Source: Neisseriaceae bacterium
GTDB lineage: Bacteria; Pseudomonadota; Gammaproteobacteria; Burkholderiales; UBA11063
NCBI GenBank assembly: GCA_046336365.1
Contig: JBKDHQ010000163.1
Coordinates: forward strand, 2,316-66,315
Length of the DNA: 64,000 nucleotides
Reading direction: 5' to 3'
Under the pieces are notes generated by a model. It ran no database searches, had not been told where the DNA came from, and saw nothing but the letters and a program-made list of their open reading frames with translations. Numbering within the stretch: the first letter of the stretch is position 1; every line of letters begins with the position of its first letter. The translations under genes and the position numbers were made by a program. This document shows positions 49,574-58,453 of this stretch, in pieces.

Positions 49574-50064
49574 GATTTTGTTTTAGGTAACCTTACTCAA
49601 TTTAAAATAAAACTAAGAATAATTAAGTTAGTAATTCTACTATAATTTTTGTCAAATGTCAATAGGTAGTCGTTTTTCAATTTTAGGTTATAAATAATTT
49701 TCTTATGGTTAAGTATAATTTTTGGATTAAATCAATTATAATGTTAAAGTGACCGGTATACTCTACAAGCTTATTTTGAGATAAATTAATACTATGAATT
49801 AGTCTTAAGATATCTCGCCCACTCAATCATGAAAAGCAGGGCAAACCAGGGAATTTCAGAACTGCTAATTGGAATTCCCATTTCATTTTAAAGTGTGCCC
49901 TTAATAATCAACTCAGGAAATCTTTACATGTTGCAGAATAATGTAATTTATTAGATTGTTATCTTTGATTACCAAAATTTGGTATGCTAAAGTGTGGTTT
50001 CGGATTAATAAATACTCTATAATTGTAAGTATCAAATATCATTTAAGTGTTTGAGGGAAATAAA

Positions 50065-52755
50065 ATGAAATTATTTATAAGATACTCACTCTCACAGATA
50101 TATTGCTTAATTGTTGTTATGCTGTTTGCTTGTAATACTGGTAATCTTGGCACAAATAATAGTAATTTGATTAGTAGTACAGTACCATTATCGGCTTCGA
50201 AAATAACTATAGATAATGTCGGAACTGTGCCGGTATTTGCCGATACTGCTACATCAAGTATAATATATATACATAATAATAGTAATGAGGTAATCAATAA
50301 TATAGACTATTCAATAAGCAATAACCTAGGAATAAATAGTTTTAGTATCGATGTAAATGGTTGTGATTCTATAGCTGCAAATTCAAGATGCGCATTAAAA
50401 TTTACTACTCCAGTATTGTCTGCAACTAATGTACAAGGCTCATCTGTTTTGAAAGCGAGCTATAATGGTAATAGTTTTAGCCAAATAATTAATTATAATC
50501 AAATATTGGACAATTCTGCATCAGGTATTATAGTAAGTTCTGGTGTAAACATTAATAATTATGGAAATCAGTCAGGGTATGCTATGGTATATGCTTATGC
50601 AGGTTCAGGAAAAAGTTATTTATTAAAAAAGATTGAAATAAGTAGTTCTCAAGTAAATATAATGGATAATTATATAGATAAAAATGTGCAAATTAACCAA
50701 ATTCTACCAATAGAAATTAGTAGCAATAGCTCAAATAATGTAGCAGCCAAATTAATAATTAATTCTACAATTCAAACTAATGTATATTCAACTAATGTAA
50801 GTATTGCTGTAATTCCATCTAATAATGGAGCAATTTTAATTAGTGGAACATCACCAATAATAGATACCAAAGTATCACTATTAGGAAGTTTTCCTATAAT
50901 GAATGCTGGAAACATGATGGCAACATTAGATCCCATAACTTATCCAGAAGGCATAGAATCAGCAAGTGGTCCTAATTCATGTGGTACAACATTAGAACCT
51001 TATACGAGTTGTAATATTTATTTTAAAGTACCATATTATGGAGGTAATGGGAATATTATCATTCCATATAATGGGATATCATTGACTCAAGCTATTGTTT
51101 GGTATAATAGCGGAGGTACTGGTGCATTGCTTGCAATGAGTTCAAGCGCAAGTCAAATTAATATTCCGTATGGGACTACAATTTTAACAATAACTGTTAG
51201 AGTCAAAAATATTGGAGCATATCCACTAAATAATGTTACACCTAGTTCAGTCACAATAAGCGGTAATGCAAATACCACGATAACAAATAATTTATGTAAT
51301 GGCACATTGAAGATTGAATCAAGTTGCTCTTATCAGGTTGATGTCACTGATACAGTTATTGAATCTAATAAACAAATTAATTTAGGTATTAGCGGTACCT
51401 ACAATAATGGTAGTAGTCAATTATATAGCAGGATTTTACCTATACAGTATAATAGCTTATCATTATGGATATGGATGAGTGGGGAGAGTGATATAAATCA
51501 ATATGGTGTTTATGGTATTAAAGGAATAGCATCTCCATCAAATATTCCTGGGGGTAGGGAAGGGGCTATTTCATGGACAGATAGTTTAGGAAATTTATGG
51601 TTGTTTGGTGGGCGTGGTTACGTTGGAACTCAAGTTGCGTTTTTTAATGACTTATGGAAATATGAAATATCTACAAATACTTGGACCTGGATGAGCGGTG
51701 AGAGTAAAATAAATCCGTTTGGTGATTATGGTACTAAGGGAGTTGCTTCCAGTACAAATATGCCTGGAAGTAGGGATGGTTCTGTTTCGTGGACAGATGA
51801 GTCTGGTAACTTATGGTTATTTGGGGGTTATGGATATAGTGCAACTCAAATTTCTTTTTTGAATGATTTATGGAAATATGATATATCTACAAACACTTGG
51901 ACCTGGATGAGCGGTGAAAGTCAAGTAAACCAATTCGGTAATTATGGTACTAAGGGTGTAGCTTCTAGTACAAATATGCCTGGAAGTAGGAATAGATCTG
52001 CTTCATGGACAGATGAGTCTGGTAATTTTTGGTTATTTGGTGGCTATGGATATAGTGCAAATCAAATTTCTTTTTTGAATGATTTATGGAAATATGATAT
52101 ATATACAAATACTTGGACATGGGTAAGTGGTGGAAATCAAATAAACCAATTTGGTAATTATGGTATTAAGGGCGTAGCTTCTAGTACAAATATGCCTGGA
52201 AGTAGAGATTCATTAGTTTCATGGAAAGATGGGTCAGGAAATTTATGGATATTCGGTGGCTATGGATATGGTGCAACCCAAATTGGTTTTTTGAATGATG
52301 GATGGAAATATGATATATCTACAAATACTTGGACATGGATGAGCGGTGAAAGTCAAGTAAACCAATTTGGTGATTATGGTACTAAGGGTATAGTTTCTGT
52401 TACAAATATGCCTGGCTCTAGGTCAAATACTATTTCGTGGAAGGATAGTTCAGGAAATTTATGGATATTTGGTGGCTATGGATATGGTGCAACTGAAAGT
52501 GGGTCTTTAAATGACTTATGGAAATATGAGATATCTACAAATACTTGGACCTGGATGAATGATGAAAATGATATAAACCAGTTTGGTACTTATAATGCTA
52601 AGGGTATAGCTTCTGATATAAATATGCCTGGAGGTAGGGATAGATCTGTTTCGTGGACAGATAAGTTTGGTAATTTATGGTTATTTGGTGGTAATGGATA
52701 TGATGCTTCTCAAAATGGTTCTTTAAATGACTTATGGAAATATTGCTATTATTAA
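50065..52755 (+). CDS. Large lipoprotein: N-terminal Cys-pair Ig-like modules + C-terminal six-bladed Kelch beta-propeller
   Basis: Lipobox 'MLFAC' after the ATG at 50065 (GAGGG SD). Three 'C-x10-13-C-x-[YF]' modules. Six 72-aa units 'W.DxxGNLWLFGGYGY....LNDLWKYDISTNTWTW'. Confidence 0.75.
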   Translation: MKLFIRYSLSQIYCLIVVMLFACNTGNLGTNNSNLISSTVPLSASKITIDNVGTVPVFADTATSSIIYIHNNSNEVINNIDYSISNNLGINSFSIDVNGCDSIAANSRCALKFTTPVLSATNVQGSSVLKASYNGNSFSQIINYNQILDNSASGIIVSSGVNINNYGNQSGYAMVYAYAGSGKSYLLKKIEISSSQVNIMDNYIDKNVQINQILPIEISSNSSNNVAAKLIINSTIQTNVYSTNVSIAVIPSNNGAILISGTSPIIDTKVSLLGSFPIMNAGNMMATLDPITYPEGIESASGPNSCGTTLEPYTSCNIYFKVPYYGGNGNIIIPYNGISLTQAIVWYNSGGTGALLAMSSSASQINIPYGTTILTITVRVKNIGAYPLNNVTPSSVTISGNANTTITNNLCNGTLKIESSCSYQVDVTDTVIESNKQINLGISGTYNNGSSQLYSRILPIQYNSLSLWIWMSGESDINQYGVYGIKGIASPSNIPGGREGAISWTDSLGNLWLFGGRGYVGTQVAFFNDLWKYEISTNTWTWMSGESKINPFGDYGTKGVASSTNMPGSRDGSVSWTDESGNLWLFGGYGYSATQISFLNDLWKYDISTNTWTWMSGESQVNQFGNYGTKGVASSTNMPGSRNRSASWTDESGNFWLFGGYGYSANQISFLNDLWKYDIYTNTWTWVSGGNQINQFGNYGIKGVASSTNMPGSRDSLVSWKDGSGNLWIFGGYGYGATQIGFLNDGWKYDISTNTWTWMSGESQVNQFGDYGTKGIVSVTNMPGSRSNTISWKDSSGNLWIFGGYGYGATESGSLNDLWKYEISTNTWTWMNDENDINQFGTYNAKGIASDINMPGGRDRSVSWTDKFGNLWLFGGNGYDASQNGSLNDLWKYCYY
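51466..52755 (+). repeat. Six tandem in-frame 216-bp repeats (Kelch blades)
   Basis: The landmark 'tgg-ac[ca]-tgg' recurs at 51466, 51682, 51898, 52114, 52330 and 52546, exactly 216 bp apart. Units 2-5 are highly similar at the DNA level. Confidence 0.9.
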
Positions 52756-52870
52756 ATAAGAAGTTATTGTAGCAATAATGAAGATGACTTTGACTAAAAG
52801 ATTTGATTTAGAAAAACCAATGCTCTTTAATAGTGTTACAATATTGCTAAGGTGGTTGACTTGCCTTTTT

Positions 52871-52975
52871 ATACCAAATCCACAAAATAACCTATTAAAT
52901 TCGTTATCGTCCTTATGTACTACTTGTACATGGCGTCCTCAACTCATTTGATAACTTAATTTGTGAAATTGGTAT
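52871..52975. repeat. MITE-like element, family B, copy 2
   Basis: TIRs 'ataccaaatccacaaa' / 'tttgtgaaattggtat', with 14 of 16 positions complementary. Collinear with 257-360. Confidence 0.75.
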
Positions 52976-53201
52976 TAAATCCTTTTGACAGGTTATTGTG
53001 CCTCTTAGCACATTAGCGTAGTATAGCCAACTTTTTGTTTTAATGTCAAATTTTTAAAGATCTAATTAAATTTTGTCCGGTATTAAGTAATTTTTTTGTA
53101 TATATAAATAATGCAAACAAAGAAATATAAAGAATCATTTTTAGATATTTTAAAGAATTAAGAAAATCAACAAGCCAAGTTCGTAATATTTTATAATACA
53201 A

Positions 53202-53292
53202 TACCCCAGTCCACACTTTTTTTATTGTTTTTAATATTTATACCTATATATCAAATATATTTCACTTAATAAAAAAAGTGTGGACTGGGGTA
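53202..53292. repeat. Hairpin/MITE-like element, family C, copy 4
   Basis: Perfect 22-bp inverted repeat 'taccccagtccacacttttttt' / 'aaaaaaagtgtggactggggta' around a 47-nt AT-rich core. It ends 32 nt upstream of the ubiX start. Confidence 0.8.
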
Positions 53293-53324
53293 ATAAAATA
53301 TAATTGTTTGAGGTATATAAAATT

Positions 53325-53939
53325 ATGAATATTACTTTGGGGATTACTGGTGCTAGTGGTATTCCAATTGCACTTACTTTATTAAAAGAACTATTAAGTT
53401 CAAAATTTATTGATGATATTAATCGGATTAATCTGGTTATTTCTCAAGCCGGGATTATTACAATTAAACAAGAAGTAGGGATTTCTTTATCTGCCAATCC
53501 GAATCAAATTAAAGAAATATTAGTTCAAGAACTTACTTTAATTAGAAATGACATATTGTACGTTTATACTAATTCCGATTGGTATTCACCTATTGCATCA
53601 GGAAGTAGTGTAAGTGATACAATGGTTGTTTGCCCATGTTCTATGGCAACTTTAGGTAAAATTGCAGCAGGTATTGGTGATGATTTGATTGGAAGAGCTG
53701 CAGATGTAATAATTAAAGAACGAAGAAATTTAATTCTAGTGCCTAGGGAAACTCCTTTAAATGCAATACATCTATCTAACATGCAAAGATTAGCTGAATT
53801 GGGTGTTTCTATTCTACCACCGGTTCCAGCTTTTTATAACCATCCTAAAACAATTGAAGATATAATTAATTTTATTGTAAGTAGGATTCTAGACCAAATG
53901 GGATTAGACAATAAGATATCTATTAGATGGTCAAATTAA
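53325..53939 (+). CDS. ubiX: Flavin prenyltransferase UbiX
   Basis: 'ITLGITGASG', 'VCPCSMATLGKIAAGI.DDLI.RAADV.IKERR.LILVPRETP'. The ATG at 53325 follows a GAGG SD. Confidence 0.9.
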   Translation: MNITLGITGASGIPIALTLLKELLSSKFIDDINRINLVISQAGIITIKQEVGISLSANPNQIKEILVQELTLIRNDILYVYTNSDWYSPIASGSSVSDTMVVCPCSMATLGKIAAGIGDDLIGRAADVIIKERRNLILVPRETPLNAIHLSNMQRLAELGVSILPPVPAFYNHPKTIEDIINFIVSRILDQMGLDNKISIRWSN

Positions 53940-53972
53940 AAATATCTTAATAAAATTAACTAAATAATTTAT

Positions 53973-54671
53973 ATGAAACCTGTTTTTGAACATGATTGGG
54001 ATTTAACTCCATCAGAAGCAATTAGTTTACAAAAAAAACTTGCTTCTAAAGTAGAAATAGCTAGCTTAACTACTAATGTACGTTATGTTGCTGGAATTGA
54101 TTGTGCACCTTCGGCGGATATGTCTAAGTACTTTGCAGCTGTTGTAATCTGGGATTTAAAAATACGTGAAATGCTAGAATATCACATAGCAGAAAAACCA
54201 CTTACCTTTCCATATATTCCTGGTCTATTGTCTTTTCGTGAAATACCTGCTATTTTAGAAGTGATAAAAGAAATTCATCAAGAGCCAGATGTGATTATTG
54301 TTGATGGCCACGGTATTGCTCATCCACGACGGCTTCGAATTGCAGCACATCTAGGTGTGCTTTTAGATAGGCCAACTTTTGGTTGTGGTAAAAGTGTTCT
54401 TTATGGAGATTATAAAGAACCAGATGTAGAAAGAGGTTCAACGCGCCCACTAATGAAAAATAATGAAATTATAGGTAATATAGTTCGAACCAGAAGTAAT
54501 GTTAAGCCGGTTATTGTAAGTGTAGGACATAAGATTGATTTAGAAACAGCAACTATGCTTACTATTAAATGTAGTGGAAGATTTCGTTTACCTGAACCAA
54601 CCCATCTAGCTGATAAATTGGTAGCACAAAAAGAGGTAAAGAATGTTATTATGACTAAAAAGCCCAATTAG
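53973..54671 (+). CDS. nfi: Endonuclease V
   Basis: 'VAGIDCA', 'YIPGLLSFREIP', 'DGHGIAHPRR.GIA.HLGV' and 'VSVGH'. Confidence 0.9.
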   Translation: MKPVFEHDWDLTPSEAISLQKKLASKVEIASLTTNVRYVAGIDCAPSADMSKYFAAVVIWDLKIREMLEYHIAEKPLTFPYIPGLLSFREIPAILEVIKEIHQEPDVIIVDGHGIAHPRRLRIAAHLGVLLDRPTFGCGKSVLYGDYKEPDVERGSTRPLMKNNEIIGNIVRTRSNVKPVIVSVGHKIDLETATMLTIKCSGRFRLPEPTHLADKLVAQKEVKNVIMTKKPN

Positions 54672-55857
54672 TTTCTTTAAGGTTAGAGTCATTTTGAGAT
54701 AGAGAGTTAGCATGTGCTGATAATATAGCCATGTTATTAAATCTTTCTTGCTGCATAGATAATAAGTTTGCGAGTGGTTTATAGATATTCCTCTTTGCAT
54801 TTTGTGTATTAATATTTCCAAGTAAACCAGTCTCACAATTTCTACCATCTAACCAACCTTGATAATTAGTTATTGGATAGATACAAATGCCTTGAATTGG
54901 AACTCCTTGTGTCATGGCTATACTGACTTCATCGCAAATATAGCTTAACCAATCACACCGCTGATTAGATTCTGCACCAGTTTCTGTTATAAGAATCGGA
55001 CGCTTATAGCGCAGATATAATTGTGATAACAATTTTGAAAATGGCTGATAAAGTTCATGGTCAACTGTTATTAATGAACCATTATGTATAGTTTGGTTAT
55101 GTGAATAGTAGTTAACCCCTATAATATCTAATAAGCCAGAATGACCACCTGCTCCAGGCCATAAATCACCTATTAGCATATCAAAAGCTTGATATTGTGC
55201 TTCACACGCTCTCTTAGCCATTTCGCAATTTGGATCATTGGGGTTAATAATATTGATTAATGGCTCAGCTTGGACAAACCTTGCGCGAGGTTCAATATCA
55301 AGTATAGCTTCAATAGCCGCTATAGATGCTCTAATTAGTTGATGTTTTAATTCGAAACCACGATTATTAGCTAAAGGGTTAAAGTATCCTACATCACCTC
55401 CAGCCCATGACCAAAATGAAATCTCATTGATAGTCGTATAAAAGGGGATAGTATCTGTTTCAGATTTAACCAGTTTGGCTAAAGCTTTGGCAAAACTTGC
55501 AAACCTATTTACAAATTCAGGTTTCCAAATATCAAGTTCATCAGGATATCCGTAATGACATAAATCCCATATTACTTGCATACCACAGACTTGCGCAGCT
55601 TTAAGCATTGGAAGAAAGCTTGACCAATCATAATATCGAGGAGTTTGTTCAATTAGGTGCCACCTAATACCATCCCGTATTGTATGTATTCCATGTCTAG
55701 CTAATGTAATATAATCATGTAGTGCATATGTATCATGCTTAGTGCTCGCTATTAAATCCAGACGTATCCCGTCATGGCGACGATGAGTAGAACATTCAAA
55801 GCCACCTTGAAAAAAGCTATTAAATATTGGTGCGTTATACACAGAGCACTTCACCAT
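54655..55857 (-). CDS. TIM-barrel glycoside-hydrolase-like protein (GH1-like family often linked to sugar-nucleotide genes)
   Basis: 'FFQGGFECSTHRR.DG.RLDLI..T.HD', 'WDLCHYGYP', 'INEISFW'. The family assignment is from memory only. Confidence 0.45.
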   Translation of the reverse strand: MVKCSVYNAPIFNSFFQGGFECSTHRRHDGIRLDLIASTKHDTYALHDYITLARHGIHTIRDGIRWHLIEQTPRYYDWSSFLPMLKAAQVCGMQVIWDLCHYGYPDELDIWKPEFVNRFASFAKALAKLVKSETDTIPFYTTINEISFWSWAGGDVGYFNPLANNRGFELKHQLIRASIAAIEAILDIEPRARFVQAEPLINIINPNDPNCEMAKRACEAQYQAFDMLIGDLWPGAGGHSGLLDIIGVNYYSHNQTIHNGSLITVDHELYQPFSKLLSQLYLRYKRPILITETGAESNQRCDWLSYICDEVSIAMTQGVPIQGICIYPITNYQGWLDGRNCETGLLGNINTQNAKRNIYKPLANLLSMQQERFNNMAILSAHANSLSQNDSNLKETNWAF

Positions 55858-56995
55858 AAATATTTATCTCGTTGTTGGCTTCTGCTTCAGCTATTTTCTT
55901 GTAAGTAGCTAAAGCTTGTCCCACTACCTGATCCATATTATAATACCGATAACTACCTAAACGTCCAATAAAAATCACATTAGGTGTTTTTGTTGCTAAT
56001 AATTCATATTTTTTATATAATTTTTGGTTGTCTGGACATGGGATCGGATAAAATGGGTCCCCTGTATCTGAAGAATATTCCCAACTTAAACTTGTTTTTG
56101 GATGTATTTGTCCAGTTAAATGTTTATATTCGGTGACCCTTGTGTAAGGAACATTTTCTGACGGGTAATTTACTACTGCAACTTGCTGGTAGTTCTCGAT
56201 ATCAAGTGTTTTATGTACAAAATTTAAAGAACGATATGGTAATTTCCCATAATAGTAATCAAAATATTCATCTATTGGACCAGTATATATTACTTTACTA
56301 CACTTAACTTTATTTCGTATCTCTTTATAGCTTGTTTCTAAATAAATAGTAATATTGGGATGATCAAGCATATTTTCGAAGAGTTTAGTATAACCATGTA
56401 ATGGCATACATTGAAAAGAGTCATTGAAATAGCGGTCGTCTTTATTTGTGCGAGTGGGAATACGTGCAGTCACTGACTTATCTAATTGTGAAGGATCAAG
56501 CCCCCATTGTTTTTTAGTATATCCTCGAAAGAATTTTTCATATAGTTCTTTCCCGATAGTACTAATAACTACATCTTCAGAAGTTTCAATTTTAGTAATT
56601 GGCTCTTTTTTCAAAGTTAGGAACCTTTCTGCCTCAGCACTATCCATATTTAATCCATAAAGTTTATTAAGTGTAGTTAAATTAATTGGTATCGGAAGTA
56701 GCTTATCATCTACATTTGCTAAAACTCGATGTTCATATGGTCTCCATTGTGTAAATATTGATAGATAATCAATGATCCGTTCTGAGTTAGTATGAAAAAT
56801 GTGTGGGCCATAACGATGAATCAAAATACCTGATTTATCATAATGGTCGTAAGCATTACCACCAATGTGGGGCCTTTTATCGATTAATAAAATTTTTTTA
56901 TTAAGGCCGCTTGCCAATCTTTCAGCGAGTACAGAACCGGCAAATCCTGCCCCGACAATAACATAATCATAGTAGCTTTTTTTATGTTTTATCAT
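55835..56995 (-). CDS. glf: UDP-galactopyranose mutase
   Basis: 'YDYVIVGAGFAGSVLAERLA', 'IDKRPHIGGNAYD', 'HRYGPHIFHTN' and 'GRLGSYRYYNMDQ'. Confidence 0.9.
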   Translation of the reverse strand: MIKHKKSYYDYVIVGAGFAGSVLAERLASGLNKKILLIDKRPHIGGNAYDHYDKSGILIHRYGPHIFHTNSERIIDYLSIFTQWRPYEHRVLANVDDKLLPIPINLTTLNKLYGLNMDSAEAERFLTLKKEPITKIETSEDVVISTIGKELYEKFFRGYTKKQWGLDPSQLDKSVTARIPTRTNKDDRYFNDSFQCMPLHGYTKLFENMLDHPNITIYLETSYKEIRNKVKCSKVIYTGPIDEYFDYYYGKLPYRSLNFVHKTLDIENYQQVAVVNYPSENVPYTRVTEYKHLTGQIHPKTSLSWEYSSDTGDPFYPIPCPDNQKLYKKYELLATKTPNVIFIGRLGSYRYYNMDQVVGQALATYKKIAEAEANNEINIYGEVLCV

Positions 56996-58164
56996 GCTAC
57001 TTCCTTTCTAGTTTGTGCTTTTAATATTATTTCACGCATAGCTAAATAAGTATTATTCCAACTCAAACCTTTTAACAAAAGATCTGCCTCTTTATATATA
57101 TTGCTTGGTGTTTTAGCATCTGCCAATGCAGATAAAATTGCTGTTTCAAATTCAGTTAAGTTCTGAGGATTTGCAATGCGAACCAGTTGAGTGTTTTTAT
57201 ATGTATTAACAATGTCTTGAATTGGGGTAGAAACTACTGGCTTACCTCCTGCTAAATATTCAGGAGTTTTTGTTGGACTAATATATTTTGTTGATTCATT
57301 AATTGCAAAAAGTATTAGGGCAATATCCCAACTTGATAAATAATAAGGTAATTCTTCATAATTCTTTGGTCCTAGATAATAAATATTTTTTGATTGCGGT
57401 AATGTTGCTGGATCTATCTTAACAATTGGCCCTAATATTATAAAATTCCAGTCTGGTCTTTTATCTGCTAGACCTGCTAATAAGTCAATATCAAAACGTT
57501 CATCAACAACTCCATAAAAGCCTAATCTTGGATATGGTATTGGTTTTTGATCGTGAGGTACTGATAAATTATTTCTGGCTTTAATAAAATGGATGGTATC
57601 AACACTACTTGGGAATAAATAAACATAATCATGTTGAGAACATTTTGCCTTATATAAACTAATTCCTCCAGTAAATACAATGTTAGCTCTAGATAACAGT
57701 TCCTGTTCGCATTTTTTTATTTCAGGGGGGGCAAACTTAAATGCAGATAATTCATCCATACAATCATAAATTGTTAATTTTGCTGGAATATTTTTACTCC
57801 ATTGTATACTCATAGGGGTGTAGTACCATAAAATACATACTTTTATATTGTTATTAATAAGAAAATCTCTGATTAAGTGAAATTGTGCTTTTTTATCCAT
57901 ATCCGCACTAAACCAGGTTGGAATTTGGGGTGCCAAAACTTTAACATTTTGTGTTTTAACTACATTTATTGCTAATGATGCTTTATTTCCTTCAATGTAT
58001 ATAGGTTCTTCAACATATAATATATTATAATCATTAGCAAACCTAGATAAAAGGTGTTGTGGGCGCTGAAAGACAAAATTCCACCTCAGATGAGAAAAAC
58101 ATAACAAGGTTGGTTTTATATTCTTATAAGATACTTTCTTATTTGATACGTCTTTTGGATGCAT
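56992..58164 (-). CDS. Glycosyltransferase (GT-B fold, family 1/4-like)
   Basis: About 390 aa with the C-terminal 'PTKTPEYLAGGKPVVST' nucleotide-sugar-binding pattern. It overlaps glf by 4 nt. The ATG at 58164 has an AAAGGAG SD, unlike the track start at 58218. Confidence 0.7.
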   Translation of the reverse strand: MHPKDVSNKKVSYKNIKPTLLCFSHLRWNFVFQRPQHLLSRFANDYNILYVEEPIYIEGNKASLAINVVKTQNVKVLAPQIPTWFSADMDKKAQFHLIRDFLINNNIKVCILWYYTPMSIQWSKNIPAKLTIYDCMDELSAFKFAPPEIKKCEQELLSRANIVFTGGISLYKAKCSQHDYVYLFPSSVDTIHFIKARNNLSVPHDQKPIPYPRLGFYGVVDERFDIDLLAGLADKRPDWNFIILGPIVKIDPATLPQSKNIYYLGPKNYEELPYYLSSWDIALILFAINESTKYISPTKTPEYLAGGKPVVSTPIQDIVNTYKNTQLVRIANPQNLTEFETAILSALADAKTPSNIYKEADLLLKGLSWNNTYLAMREIILKAQTRKEVA

Positions 58165-58312
58165 ACTGATACTCCTTTTAGTATATATTTTGTGAATTAT
58201 AAAATCACAAAATAGCAAATTTATTTATATAATAAAATAACTCCTTCTAAATTATATTAGAATAAATGAAAGATGCTTACAGATGTAAACATAAATTTAC
58301 ATATGTAAGCAT

Positions 58313-58438
58313 ATACTCATCGTTTTTCAACCCGGGACTTTGTTATTCCTTATAAAACGCTCACGATAAAGCATATAGTCCATGTCGTCGCGTTTTATAT
58401 TGTCATTTCAGCTCCCAAAATTGAAATACTTTGAGTAT
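58313..58438. repeat. MITE-like palindromic element related to family A (126 bp)
   Basis: Termini 'atactcatcgtttttcaacccggga' / 'tcccaaaattgaaatactttgagtat' are imperfect inverted repeats. They share the 'atactc...ttcaa' signature of family A, and the centre has a 'cgtcg' motif as in copy 1. Confidence 0.5.
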
Positions 58439-58453
58439 ATAAATTGTAAAATT

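Noticed and set aside
49790-49920. Relatively GC-rich patch with the hairpin 'gggaatttcagaactgctaattggaattccc', upstream of the Kelch gene. I considered it as another MITE or an sRNA.
   Set aside because: It has no second copy in the window and no clear terminal inverted repeats or terminator. It cannot be distinguished from a chance palindrome without genome-wide or transcript data.
50043-50297. Minus-strand 84-aa ORF overlapping the 5' end of the Kelch lipoprotein gene. Similar cases occur at 53564-53782, 54410-54667, 54606-54848, 56448-56660, 61187-61372 and 61379-61564.
   Set aside because: They are antisense to well-supported genes and have no start context or motifs.
51466-52755. Regular 216-bp periodicity, considered as a possible CRISPR or satellite array.
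   Set aside because: The units are contiguous with no spacers, are in frame and encode Kelch blades. The period is far longer than CRISPR repeats, and there are no cas genes.
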